Source of the DNA: Mobula hypostoma
Taxonomy: Eukaryota
DNA length: 64,000 nucleotides
Assembly: GCF_963921235.1 (NCBI RefSeq)
Contig: NC_086097.1
Location: 162,380,001-162,444,000 of the forward strand
Reading direction: 5' to 3'
A program made the position numbers and the translations under genes. The notes under the pieces were generated by a model. It was not told where the DNA came from, did no database searches, and was given only the letters and a program-made list of their open reading frames with translations. Below are positions 39,061 through 52,174 of the stretch, piece by piece (position 1 is the first letter of the stretch; every line of letters begins with the position of its first letter).

Positions 39061-41914
39061 ACTCTGTAACCTTTCTAATGCCATCTGATTACATGTACTC
39101 TAAACGTAACAAATGAATTAAAAGGTTCCACAAAGTAGTATGGATTTGTGTAAGTGCATCAGGACATTCTCTAGTCAGCTATACTTTATACTTTATTGTC
39201 GCCAAACAATTGATACTAGAACGTACAATCATCATAGCGATTCTGCGCTTCCCGCTCCCTGGATTACAAATCGATAGTAAATATTAAAAATTTTAAATAT
39301 AAATCATAAATAGAAAATATAAAAATGGAAAGTAAGGTAGTGCAAAAAAACTGAGATGCAGGTCCGGATATTTGGAGGGTATGGCCCAGATAGTTTCATA
39401 TTTTTTAAAATGATATTTACAGAATGCAACCTTTCCATATTCTCAAAGTGTTTCATCTGCAAAATGTCTACCCATTGGATCATCCTGAAATCTATGATAG
39501 TTAAGCAGCAGGCTATTTGTTATAACAATGAACTTAAACTTAACCCACTTGCACCTCCTAACCCCATGGTTCCTGCCACCAAGGGCACTATATACAAGGG
39601 AACATCACTCAGATTGAACTACAAGTTGCAATATGCATTGCTATTACTTTAGTTTCATTGGATCTATGTCCTGGGACATATTTACAATTTGGGAGTACAG
39701 TCACCAGAAAGAGTTCAAAAATTCAAGGATAATGGGGAATGGGAAGTGAATGCTAGCCTTTCCAATGATACCCATGTAGCAAAAACTAAATAAATCACAA
39801 ACCAGACTATTGTGGAGCACCATTATAAGCCACTTCCATCCAAAAAAGTGTTTACCTCTGTTCATCGTGCACGTCCATGTTTGTTTCTCCACCACTTAAG
39901 TGTGCAGCCTGCCGTCAAGTTGGAAAAATATAAAAAAAAATTGGAGCATACTGTTCATGCTGACAAAAACACAATATAAAATAATTTTAATGTTTGCTCA
40001 GGAAAATATTGATGTGAGCCTATTGTGCACTTGGAATATTCCCTAAAAGCCAAACTATATCTCAACTGCATTACTTTTATTGGTCTTCTGTTACAAAGGG
40101 TGAACCAGGAAGTTGCAGAGGAACTTTTGAAATGCTGAAAGGGAAAGGAGGTAGGTTTCTGGTGGTGGAATCTTGGTGCTGGCTGAAATTGGAAGGGATG
40201 ATCTGTTGATAAACACAGTAAGAAATGGAACTTTGTTCTTTCTCTGTCTGGGAGGTGATGGACTTGCTTACCATTCATTGTTTTTTCCCCCTTTTCCTTT
40301 GCATGGTCTGGTCTGCTGAACATGTCCCTGAAGTTCACATAATAAACTACACAGGCAGAGTAGATAAAATCAGACTATTTCATCCTGTCAGAGCTCCAAT
40401 AATGTCCCCTACCCCAAACCTCTGTTTCATGAATTACTTTTTTCTCTTTCCCAATTCTGATGAAGAGACTTAGAGAAACTTGCATTTTAAGTCTTTCAGC
40501 CAATGCTGCATAACCTGCTGAGTTTTCCAGCAGTTTGTTTTTATCCAGCAATCCCTACTGTGAATGAATATGATGTCGTAACTTCTACAGCCCTCTCGAG
40601 TTAAAGGTTCACCACCATAATTGTTTCTAATTTATGTAAACAATTTGGATGTGAATGTACAAAACATTTTAGTAAGTCTGTGGATGGCACTAAAATAGAG
40701 GGTGTTGTAGACAATGGATAATATGAAACATCTTGATCAGTATGTGGGCAAATTGGCAAATGACTTTCAATCCAGATAAATACAAGGTATTGCATTTTGG
40801 GAAAAAGTGTTAAAATGCAGTCTTTTTCCAAGAGAAGGGAAATTAAGTGATATTAGGGGCAGCTTCATGCAGAAGATGATGCATTTTTGGAATGGACCAA
40901 ATATAGGTAGATAGAACTAGTTCACTGGGCAACAGAATTGGCATGGATGAGTTCGGCCAAAGGCCCTGTTTCCATGCTATATGACACTATGACCCGTGAA
41001 GGAATTTCCCTTCAGTAACCCCTCATTCTGAGACTGCGGCTCTTGTTCTTTGAGTCTTCAGCCAAAGGAAGCAACATCTCTGTATGCCTGTTCTAAATTC
41101 TTACGTTTTACTGAGAGCACTGCTAAACCAACTTGTATCTGTAACCAGTCCTATGAATCTTCATTGTATTTCACTTGTTGTCTCATCTAACTTCTTTAAG
41201 ATTGCAAAATATTAGCTGCCTTGCACAAACTGTCATCCAGTGGCTTGTCCCTTTGAAAATCAACATTTGACAGATAGTCTATTTATTCTGTTATTTTATT
41301 TGGAGGTACGATACAGAAACAGGCTCTTCTGACCCCTCAAGCCCATGTTGTCCAATTACACCCATGTGACCAATTAACCTTCTAACCTGTAAGTTTTTGG
41401 AATGTGGGAGCAAACAGGAGTACCAGGAGGAAACCCTGCAGCCATGAAGCCAACATACAACCTCCTTCAGTCAGTGCAGGAATTGAACCTAGGTTGCTAT
41501 AATAGCATTATGCAATCTGCTATGCCAGACCGTATATACTCTAAATCTGGAAAGGTTCACATTTTTATATTATTTCATCTGTCATATACTTGTTGACTCA
41601 TTTAGCATAACTGCAACCCTATGAGTTTCCACATCCTTTGTACTCACAATGCCACCTAATTTAGTTTTGTCAAAACACTTGGAAATATGTAATTTGGTTC
41701 TTTTCGGCCAAAATGCGGAGAAAAATCGTGAAAATTTGGGAGCTTGGTGCCCGACTCTGTGGCATCCCAGCAAGTTGCAGTTTACTGACCTGAGAAGGAT
41801 CTGTATTTTATCGCTATGCTTTTAATCCAATAACCATTTCTTAACCTGGGCCCAATTAACTCCACGTGTTCTGACATTATTGACCAACCTCCTGTATGGA
41901 AGCATATTATGGAA

Positions 41915-41987
41915 ACTTGGCTAGCTCAGCCAGTACAGCATGTGACTCTTAATCACAGGGTTGTGGTTTCAAGCCTCACTTTGGGTG
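41915..41987 (+). pseudogene. tRNA-Lys(CTT) pseudogene
   Basis: 73-nt colinear match to vertebrate tRNA-Lys-CTT (GGCTAGCTCAG...CTCTTAAT...GGTTTCAAGCC); CpG decay, weak acceptor stem, altered B box. Confidence 0.8.
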
Positions 41988-42419
41988 ATGGTGTTTCATC
42001 AGGCTCCTGGATTAGTGTGGATGGTGGCTTCACTTGCCTCACTGCTGAACTAACTTATACAGACTTCCAGGGACTCTACCTTTGTTATGCCTGTTTTTAG
42101 ACTGCCATGGTAGTGGAGCGATTGCATGATGCTATTACAGCTCGGGGCATTAGAATTCAAAGTTTAATTCCTGCTTCCTCTGTAAGAAAGCTTATACATA
42201 CTTCCCATGTGTGTGGGTTTCCTTGAGGTTATTGTCATTGTAAGTTGTCTTGTGATGTGTTGGAAGGGCTGTGCCATAGCTTGAAATAAAAATAATATAA
42301 ATAAACCTGCCTTCTCTATCACTTATAAACAGCTATATCATGCTCCTACAAATAGGTCATATGTTAGGGAAAAAAACAAGGAAAATGAAGGTCTATGAAA
42401 CGTGATTGTCACAGTGCAC

Positions 42420-43700
42420 AAACAACCATCCATTGTTGTTCATCATTTTATATTAATGATTTAGATCAGGGCTTCCCAACCAGGGGTACACAGATCCCTT
42501 GCTTAATGGTATTCGTCCATGGAATAAAAAAGGCTGCTGGGAACTCCAGATTTAGATAATGTGGTAAACTGGATCAGCAAATATGTGGATGACACTAAGA
42601 CTGAGGCTGAGTGGATAGTGAAGAAGGCTACAAAGCCTGCAGTGGAGTCTGGATCAGCTGGAAAAAAAATGGATTGCAAAATGACAGATGGAATTTAATG
42701 CAGACAAGTGTGAGGTGTTGCACTTTGGGAGGACAAATCAGGGTAGGTCTTAGACCATGAATGGTAGAACACGAAGGAGTGCTAAAGTAGGATTTGGAAA
42801 TAGAGATCCATAATTGCTTGTTTGTGGCATCACAGGATAGGATCTAAAGAAAGCTTTTTAGCATTTTGGCTTTCATAAATTAAAGTATTGAGTTCAGGAG
42901 TTGGGATGTTATGTTGCAGTTGTATAATGTTGGCAAGGCCTAATCTGGAGTATGCTGGTCACGTACTTCCAGGAAAGATATCAATAAGATTTTAAAAAAA
43001 TACAGTGAACACCTACAAGAATGTTGTCAGGACTTGAGGACCTCAGTTAGAGGGAAAGGTTGAATAGGTTCGGACTTTATTCCTTGGAACGTAGGAGAAG
43101 GAAGGGACATTTGATAGAGGTAGTCAAAATTATCAGGGGTATAGATAGGGTAAATGAAGGAAGGCTTTTTGCTCCGAGGTTAGGTCAGACTAGAACTAGT
43201 GGTCATGTGTTAAGAGAGAAAGGTGAAATATTTAAGAGATGCCTGAGGGGGAATTTCACTGAAGATGGTGAGAATGTGGAACCAACTGCCAGCAGAAGTG
43301 GTGGATATGGGTTCAATTTCACCATTTAAAAGAAATTTGAACAAGTATATGGATGGGAGAGGTACAGAGGGCCAGGGTCCCGGTGTGGGTTGATGGGAAT
43401 AACTAAGCAGAATAACAGTTCAACATGGACTAAATGGGCCAAAGGGGCTGTTTCTGGGTTATACCTCTCTATGACTCCAAAGGTGAAATTTTTAAGGGTA
43501 TTTTGAGGGGAAACTTGTGAGTGTGGAAAGAGCTACCAGTGGAAGTGGCAGATAAGTATTCAGTTGTAACTTGTAAGAGTTTAAATAGTACATGGATATA
43601 AGGGGTATGGAGGGCTCTGGATTGGTGTGGATGGGACTAGGCAAAAGACCAGGTCAGTGAAACAAGATGGACTGATGGATTGTAGTAATCTGAGACTCTA
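42420..43700 (+). mobile_element. Decayed CR1 LINE fragment(s)
   Basis: gtggatgacactaaga (ADDTK-like); LNRFGLYSLERRRRKGHLIEVVKIIRG. Confidence 0.75.
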
Positions 43701-44364
43701 CCTTACTTTTCAAACAACAGCATACTACTGTACTCATTCTTTAGCACCACTCCTGTAGCTAAGGGAGATTTTTGTCGTCAGTCTTTCTGTGATTTCTCCC
43801 CTTACTTTTGACAACATGCATTAGGGTACATTTCATTTGTGTGTGGTGAATTAATCATTGAATACTTTTGCTATTTATCTAATTCAGTACTTTGCATTCT
43901 TAACCACATCAATACATTTTGACTTTGTTAATCCTGCCTCTGAATAAAACAGCTTGTGCAACCATGTTCTTGGTAACGATCAAACACCCCAACCTATTAC
44001 TAATCTCACTGACAGTACTTGGTCTATAGCTTTGTAAGCCTTGGCAATTCAGTGCTTGTCTCAAAACTCAAATATTGTGAACGCTACCTTCACCAAACTT
44101 CAGACCACACATCCCAGATACTAACCAGTCTCTGGGTGAAAAATTCTTCCCTGGATCAGGACAAGTGCTGCTCTGTGCTTCAAGCATCAACATTACGCTA
44201 GCCTAAAACATCTGCTTGGTCCTATAATAGAAGAAATAGAAGAAGCTCAAAAGAAAACATTAAGAACATTACAACTAGGGGTTAAAAAGCATAAATCACT
44301 GATGGTGTAAGAAAAAAGCATCGAAGGAGTCAAGCAGATCAGACATTTGTGCAGCGTGAGGGGA

Positions 44365-46560
44365 CATAGAACAGTACAGCACAGGAACAGGCACTTCGAC
44401 CCACAATGTTATGCCAGACCAACTAAATTAGTAATCAAATAGCTAACTAAACTAATCCCCTCTGCATACCCAAAGTTCATATCCTTCAATTTCCCTCACA
44501 TTCATGTGCCTATCTAAACTCACTTAAACGTACCTTATGTATCACCATCCAAGACAGCGCATCCCAGGCACCCACCATGCTTTGTATAAAAAGAACACCC
44601 CTCATATCACCTTTGAAATTACCCCCTCACCTTAAAGTCATACCCTCTGGTATTAGACATTTCAACCCTGTGAAAAAGATGCTGTCTGTCTACTTTATCT
44701 ATGCCTCTCATAATCTTATAAACCTCAATCAGATCTCCCCTTAGCCTCTGCTGCTCCAGAGTAAACAACCCACTTGTCCAATCTCTCATCATAGCCTATG
44801 CCCTCTAATCCAGGCAGCATCCTAGTAAACCTCTCTGCACCTGTGACCAGAACTGTATATAATACCCCAGATGCGGTGGACCAACTGGAGTTTTATACAG
44901 ATGCAATATAACTTCCTGACTTTTGAACCCAATGCCCTGACTAAAAGGCAAATATGCCATATGCCTTCTAAACCACTTTATACTGTATATCCACTTTCAG
45001 GGAGCTACAAACTTAGGCCCAAGATCCCTCTGTTCAACACCACCATTAAAGGTCTTGCCCTGAATATTGTAATGTTTCTTTACATTTGACTGAATGGTGA
45101 GAAGGTTCAAACATCTGAGGTGCAGAGGGACTTAAGGCTGATTTATACTTCTGCATCAACTCGATGCTGTAACCTACGTGTGTTGTATTTATACTTGTGC
45201 ATTGGTGTGTCTGTGTCGCTCTGCAATTTGTGCATGTCATGCATGCACACACACCTACCCGTGCAAGGCTTCATGGTCATGGTAGTCTCATCGGGGTAAA
45301 CAAGAAGTGAGCGTCTCTTTCTGTAAAAGCGAAATGTGTCCTCCATAATTTCAGAGGTCTGTAAAGCTTTATGGAAAGCATTGCAGCCAGAGTTCCTTCC
45401 CTGCCCTTCAGTCACCCAGTGGTAAGCTATTGCAGCGTAGGAGGAAAAGTGATGCTACCAAGCAGACCAATCACTGTTGTTGCGGTCTGTGTTGCCGCGA
45501 TGCGTAGTTACATTGTGGGAGAGGTGCGCGTCAGGCTACGGCGTTAGGGATCCACGTAGGGTTTGCGGCTACGCCATCGAGTTGACACAGAAGTATAAAT
45601 TAGCCTTTAGGAGTCCTCATGCAAGACTCCCAGACGGTTAATTTACAGGTTGGGTCTGTAGCAAAGAAGGAAAATGCAGTATTAGCACTTATGTCAAGGG
45701 AATAGAAAATAAAATTAAGGAAATAATGCTAAAGCTTTATAAGACACCAAGTCAGGCTGCACTTGAAGTAATGTCAACAGTTTTGGGCCCCATAATTCAG
45801 AAAGCATATGTTGTCTTTGGAGATTCTGGAAGAGCTTCATGAAGATGATTCTGGGAATCAAGAGGTTAACATATGAGGAGCATTTGGCTGCTTTAGGCCT
45901 GTACTCACTGGAATTTACATGAATGTGGGGAGGGCAGGGGGGAAGAATCTTAGTGAAACGTACTGAATGTTGAAAGGACTAGATCGGGTGGATGTGGAGA
46001 CAATGTTTCTAATGGTTTGGGTATCCAGAACTAGAGGGCACAGCCTCAAAACTGAGGGGTGCCCTTTTAGAAGAGGTAAGGAGGAATTCTTTTTAGCCAG
46101 AGTAGTGAACCTGTAGAATGTTCTGCCACAGACTGTGGTGGAAGTCAAATCTGTGGGAATACTTAAGGCGTAAGTTGATAGTTTCCTGATCGATCAGGGC
46201 ATCATATGGTGAGAAGGCAGGTGTATGGGGTTGAGTGGGATCTGAGATCAGCCATGATAGAATGGCAGAGCAGACTTGATGGGCTTAATAGCCATGCTCC
46301 CATGTCGTATGGACCTACAAAAGTGCAACACTTCACATGTCGCTGGGCGAAATTTGGCTCTGCCCATATCTGCAACTGATCAATATTCCACTGTATTGTT
46401 TGCCAGTCTTCTACGCTAGCCATAAAACCATCAATCTTCGTATCATTTGCAAACTTATTAACCCATCCACCTACATTTTCAGCCAGATCATTTATATACA
46501 GCAGGAGTCCCTGCACAGATCCCTGTGAACACCACTAAACACAGACCTCCCCAACTCCCA
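44365..46560. mobile_element. Cluster of CR1 fragments in both orientations
   Basis: CATAGAACAGTACAGCAC tail (- copy); + copy ~45090-46315; - copy with NKFANDTKI. Confidence 0.7.
45135..45606. mobile_element. PIF/Harbinger-type MITE inserted into CR1
   Basis: TIRs AGGCTGATTTATACTTCTG / CAGAAGTATAAATTAGCCT; 3-bp TSD TTA at 45132-45134 and 45607-45609. Confidence 0.82.
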
Positions 46561-46925
46561 TCGACCACTGCCCTGTCTTCTATGTAAGAAGTTCTGAAGG
46601 CAAATGGCCATTTCATTATGGGCAATTGAAAGTTTTAGGTTGAGACCATGTATCTGAACAGATACAAGTTCCAGACCAAAAAAGTCAACTATCTGTGTGC
46701 CTCCAGCATCTGCAGTCTCGTGTTTTCAGACACTGATAGTAATGACATTGCCAAAAATACAAAATATACACCACCCTGTATCCTCACGCTACAAATGCAC
46801 ATGCACTAAGAATGCAACTACAAATGTAAAATATCAAAATTTATAACATTCCTTCAATAAATAGTATGCACTCTATTGTACCTATTTTGAATGGTAAATA
46901 AGCAGATTCTGTTGAGTAATGCTTT

Positions 46926-46931
46926 TTTATT
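46926..46931 (-). terminator. Candidate CHRAC1 polyadenylation signal
   Basis: TTTATT on + (AATAAA on -), ~320 nt past the stop codon. Confidence 0.55.
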
Positions 46932-47249
46932 TCAAATATACAAAAGTATATATCACATATATACATTTTATATCAAGTATGCCATTTAATCAATATAAAC
47001 AGGGGAAAAATTCTTCAAAAGAAAAATAAAGACATCTTCCCTTTCATAAACTGAAGGAACTGTTAACACCAACCCAGACTTTCTATCTGACTTCAGCTCT
47101 TCACAGTGGCTCATTAAATAGAATTTTGAAGTTATGGACATGTAAACTTGTGCTGAGTAATCCTAAACACACAACAATATTGTTTTAAAAATTTCCTCTT
47201 GCTCTGTACACACTTCCATGAGAAATTGTCAAGGTGAGAAAGATACTCT

Positions 47250-47392
47250 TTAGGACTCATTTTCTTCATCCTCTTCCTCATCATCTTCAACATTTTCATT
47301 TCCTCCATCCCCTTCAGCGCCACCAATTCCCTCTTTCTCCTCTTCAAGCATCTTTAGATAGTCACTTGCCAAGATCTTTTTCGGCAGAATAT
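47250..47392 (-). CDS. CHRAC1: CHRAC1 exon 3 (acidic tail)
   Basis: cag|AT ATT...TCC TAA; DILPKKILASDYLKMLEEEKEGIGGAEGDGGNENVEDDEEEDEENES*; total protein 143 aa. Confidence 0.92.
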
Positions 47393-48513
47393 CTGTAACA
47401 AAGATATTTTGATGTATCAAATACACTTTACAGGGTAAATTTTCAATTTACTTCTTTATTAAATTGCAGATTCTTCATGAATCAGTCAGTGGTCCTTTTA
47501 AGTATCAATCCCCTCATCAATTCCAAATATCAGGAAAGTCAAAGAATGCAGTTTTACCAACATCAACTGCATCCTGGAAAACAACTATTGGAGTTCTGAA
47601 CTCAGTATGATGATCTGACAACTACCTCTCCCCATTCATCAAGCTCTAACATCAACTTTCAAGTATTAATTATCCACTTGTATCGGAAAGTTGGTAACTA
47701 AGTCATTCTTTAAATAAGATTAAACAAATTATTAGCTTGTTCTGTGATTGTAAGGCCCTCTAATAATCTAATGGCACTCTTCATGGAGGAGGACAATTCA
47801 ACTATCCTGCTAATAATGACAAGATTAGTTAATAATTGAACTAAACCCACGTGTAAAATAATTGTTGTATGTGAAGCATTTGAGACAGTTAATGCGATGG
47901 AAAACATTTTACTTTCACTAAAATCTTCATTGGTCGTTGTTACAACATACATTAAACATCTAACAAGTATTTTATTTGATTAAAAATGTATAATTTAGTA
48001 ATGAAAATTAAGTTTGTATGGATGAAAGGTTTACCAGAATTAAAATTGCGGAATAAAGACTTGAAAATGAATCAAACACACAAGATCAGCTAAATGATAT
48101 AACTGAGCAACACAAAACAGAGCTGAAAGATCATACACTCAAGGAATGACTTTAAAAAGTGTGATAACTATCTTAACATTAAATATACTTTGAGGATAGC
48201 TGGAAATTGTTCCAGCTATTGATAATCAGCAAGTAGGTTCAGAAATGTTGAAAATACATACAAATAATTTACCGAACAAGAGATTCCTATGGGACTGGCG
48301 AGGCTACTAAGGAAGGGCAAGATCAGTGAAACAAAATAGCACAGGAGAAATAGAATAAACATTTGTGATGCACCTTGTCCAATTCTTTTTGGAAATCTAA
48401 GCAAGGGATGTCAATACTTTAACCACACTGAAGACCACCCTTCAATCATGTTATCCAATAAAAAGGATTAATTCTCTTTTTCACTTGTTTAATGGTTATT
48501 GAAATATACAGAC

Positions 48514-48637
48514 CAGCTAAAAACTGGAATGTTTCAGAGTTCTCCACACAGTCAGCCAGGTCATTGTAAGAGAGTTCCTTTTTTTCTGAATTGTTGCTTT
48601 TGTATGCATATGTGGCAAGATGTTGCACAAATAATTC
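48514..48637 (-). CDS. CHRAC1: CHRAC1 exon 2
   Basis: cag|GAA...GCT G|gtctgt; ELFVQHLATYAYKSNNSEKKELSYNDLADCVENSETFQFLA. Confidence 0.92.
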
Positions 48638-50270
48638 CTGAAATACAGTAAAAACAGTTAAGATCAACAAATAGGAAGATCAACAAATGCAATTAATAAG
48701 GAACAAATACATTGCTGGTTGTGTTCTACAATGTCAGAATGAGCTAGCAAATATGCAGGAACATTTAATCAGGAAAACAAATGTACAGTAACAGTAGGGA
48801 ATTTTGACTAAATGACATTAGTGGGAACAATAACACAAGGATAGAAGCAACAATACACCCAGAATTCTTGACATGCATTAAGAAGGCAGCTTTTTAAGAT
48901 CAATTTATTGCAAACCCAGCACTTGAAGGTATGATCCTCACTTTTGCTGGTGTCTGATTCAGGAAGCGCTAACCAGTATCAGTTACTTGAAGAGAAGTCA
49001 CTGTCAATGGCAGGCATTCAGAAATAGTATGGACTTGGACAATTACGTTCCTTCTAAATGAACGGGTGAAATTCTTGGGATGTCAAGGAGTATATTGGAA
49101 AGCTAGAAGATACCAAGAATTCAATATTGTGAAAACATTGAAAACGCACGGATGAAATTAAAAAAGGAAAATAGGTACACAAAAATAATGTATAAAGGAA
49201 AAAGTAAGAGACATAAAAAGAAGAAATATTATGAAAGAAGCATTAGAAAGCAGGAATGCAGTATGGCTCTAAACAACAAATTTGTACCTGCTTTTACTTT
49301 ACAGTGGTACAACATCAAAACTTGCTAACAATGTTGCATTATTTAAGAAACAGAGCAAAGGGACAGAATGAATGTTTAATGTTAGCCTAACTCTAGTGGT
49401 AGGCAAATTGTAGGGGAAAAATCTAAGCGATTACACAAATCACCTTTTACATACACTCATTAAGGAAAACCAGTAAGGATTTAGTATGAAAAGGTCATGT
49501 GTTATTAATGAATAGCTTTGACAAAAATAGTACTGTATATTTGAAGTAGTATACAGGAATCATAATAAAATAAGAATCTGGATTTCAGAGTACTATTTCA
49601 ATGCTATGCACAAGAAAATCTATTGCACCCTCTCCATTACATCTTTCCTATTATAGGGTGAACAGAACTGCATGCAATTATTCAGTTTTGTCTGACTGAA
49701 GTCTTATGTAGCCACTGCTTAACTTCCTTACTCTTACTCAACATTCCTACCAACAAAGGCAAACATGCCATAAGCCTTCTTTACCATATGATCCACTTGC
49801 ATAGCTGCTTTCAGTGAATTATCAACCTGATAACCAAGATTTCTCTGGACCTCAATTACATTAAAAGGTGATTAACTGTGTACTTTCACTTTGCAAAGTG
49901 CAACACTTCACAATTGTCTGGATTAAACTCCATCTGCCACTCTCAGCCCAAACCTGCACTGATCTAGATCCTCCTCTATTCTTAGGCAGTCCACAGTTCC
50001 ACTGATCTTGGCATCATCTGCAAACTGACCAATCCACCCATCTACATTTCAAATCCAAATCATTATTTTATATCACAAACGACAATGGTTATTTGTGATT
50101 TTTGTGGAACACCACCAGCTATCGACTTCCAGCTGAGGCGTATGGGGTGGGGAAGTGTGACTGACAGACCCAGGCACAAGGAGTGGGGCAGTGGGAAACA
50201 CGGGAATGAGAGGGGTGGGGTCCAGAGGCAAGGGAAAGGTGGGGGGGGGGGTCCAGGGACGAGAGGAAGG

Positions 50271-50789
50271 TAAACAACAGGAATTCTGCAGATGCTGGAA
50301 ATTCAAGCAACATACATCAAAGTTGCTGGTGAACACAGCAGGCCAAGCAGCATCTATAGGAAGAGGCGCAGTCGACGTTTCAGGCCGAGACCCTTCGTCA
50401 GGACTAACTGAAGGAAGAGTGAGTAAGGGATTTGAAAGCTGGAGGGGGAGGGGGAGTTGCAAAATGATAGGAGAAGACAGGAGGGGGAGGGATAGAGCCG
50501 AGAGCTGGACAGGTGATAGGCAAAAGGGGATACGAGAGGATCATGGGACAGGAGGTCCGGGAAGAAAGACGGGGGGAGGGGGACCCAGAGGATGGGCAAG
50601 AGGTATATTCAGAGGGACAGAGGGAGAAAAAGGAGAGTGAGAGAAAGAATGTGTGTGCATAAAAATGAGTAACAGATGGGGTACGAGGGGGAGGTGGGGC
50701 CTAGCGGAAGTTAGAGAAGTCAATGTTCATGCCATCAGGTTGGAGGCTACCCAGACGGAATATATGGTGTTGTTCCTCCAACCTGAGTG
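50271..50789 (-). mobile_element. Penelope-like 3' fragment in CHRAC1 intron 1
   Basis: Same family sequence, from LRLEEQH...NFR* to the terminus GAATTCCTGTTGTTT; no clear TSD. Confidence 0.88.
50370..50405 (-). ncRNA. Minimal type I hammerhead ribozyme motif (PLE-borne), sense to CHRAC1
   Basis: Reverse complement AGTC-CTGACGA-AGGGTCTCGGCCT-GAAAC-GTC-GACT. Confidence 0.72.
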
Positions 50790-50799
50790 AGGACGGTGA

Positions 50800-51290
50800 T
50801 GGGGGAATAGGAACACAGACCGACAGCCGTGGAGGCAAGGACCCGGGGACGACCAGGTGACGGGGTTGGCGGCGGGGATGACAGGAAGGCCGGGTGGGGA
50901 ACGGGGGAGCTAGGATGGCAGGACTGGGACACGGGAAGGTAGGTGTTGGGGGGAGAGGGTGGAGGACTGGGGAAGGTGGATCTCCGCCCGCGCCCCCACC
51001 CCCGGTTCCCGGGGACGATACGTTGGTTGAACGGGAGGACCGCAGCGCCGCACTCACAGTGGCTTTGGCGGTGAGGAAGAGCGCGTCCTGGTTGATGCTC
51101 GACACGTCGGGGCAGCTCTTCATGATGAGCTTGACGCGGGAGAGCGGCAGCGCCAGCACGGCGGGCGGGGGGCTGCGGCGCGCGGGGAACCGCAGACCCT
51201 CGCGCCGCTTCACCTCCGCCATCTTGTCGGGCCGCGGCCACCGAGCCCGCCGGGGAAAGAAGTGGTGGGGAAGATCCGAGCACCTCGAGG
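50800..51290 (-). promoter_or_regulatory. CpG-rich CHRAC1 5' region with YY1-type motif
   Basis: High GC and CpG density in an otherwise CpG-poor window; CCGCCATCTT (51216-51225) overlaps the start codon. Confidence 0.65.
51058..51222 (-). CDS. CHRAC1: Chromatin accessibility complex protein 1, exon 1 (histone fold)
   Basis: aagATGGCG start in CpG-rich DNA; MAEVKRREGLRFPARRSPPPAVLALPLSRVKLIMKSCPDVSSINQDALFLTAKAT|gtgagt. Confidence 0.92.
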
Positions 51291-51740
51291 TTTATAGCAA
51301 CCTATTCTCATCAAACACAAAGAAAATAGTTAAAACAATGCAAATAAAGCATAATCCTTTAAAAAAATCTAATCTCCAACTAAAATACACAACAGATCCA
51401 TTTAAAAACACTCTTGTTATCCCTATCGCAGAGAAGCAGTTGGTATCGCCCTTACTATCAGATTGTACCACTCATGGAGATTTTAGGGGAGGAAAGAACT
51501 TATTTATATATTTTTAAACACAGCTTCTTTACTAGTTAATTACAATCTGGACAGAACACTCGTTTTTACATAAGTACACAATAACTCTACTTCTTAAATT
51601 ATTAATTATTTGGATAGAAACTGAATTGTTGTAAGCGTTGGTGTTGGCATCCCTCTCGTAATCGGGACTGAGCACGTGGAGCTCATTGTTACTGAGAGGT
51701 AAGGGGTCGCTGTGTACGGAGTCTGGTCACGGGAGATGGG

Positions 51741-52078
51741 CGGCACTCGGGTGCGGTGCGCGGCGTGGAGCCGGCACTCGGGTGCGGTGCGCGGCGTGGA
51801 GCCGGCACTCGGGTGCGGTGCGGTGCGTGGCGTGGAGCCGGGCGCTGCAGCGGGGCCGGTACTCGGGTGCGGTGCGCGGCGTGGAGCCGGCACTCGGGTG
51901 CGGTGCGGTGCGTGGCGTGGAGCCGGGCGCTGCAGCGGGGCCGATACTCGGGTGCGGTGCGCGGCGTGGAGCCGGCACTCGGGTGCGGTGCGTGGCGTGG
52001 AGCCGGGCGCTGCAGCGGGGCCGGTACTCGGGTGCGGTGCGCGGCGTGGAGCCGGGCGCTGCAGCGGGGCCGGCACTC
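51741..52078. repeat. GC-rich compound minisatellite
   Basis: Tandem units GGCACTCGGGTGCGGTGCGCGGCGTGGAGCC (31 bp), variably extended by an extra GGTGC and by GGGCGCTGCAGCGGGGCC. Confidence 0.95.
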
Positions 52079-52174
52079 TGGTGCTGCCAGACAACAAGTT
52101 CTTCCACGTTTTATTTTGTTCCAAATTCTAGTACCTCCAATCTCTGACTCTAGCCATTGGGCTTCTGAATTAGG

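Noticed and set aside
51741..52078. CRISPR-like look of the interspersed repeat units
   Set aside because: There are no unique spacers, the context is eukaryotic, and no cas genes are present.
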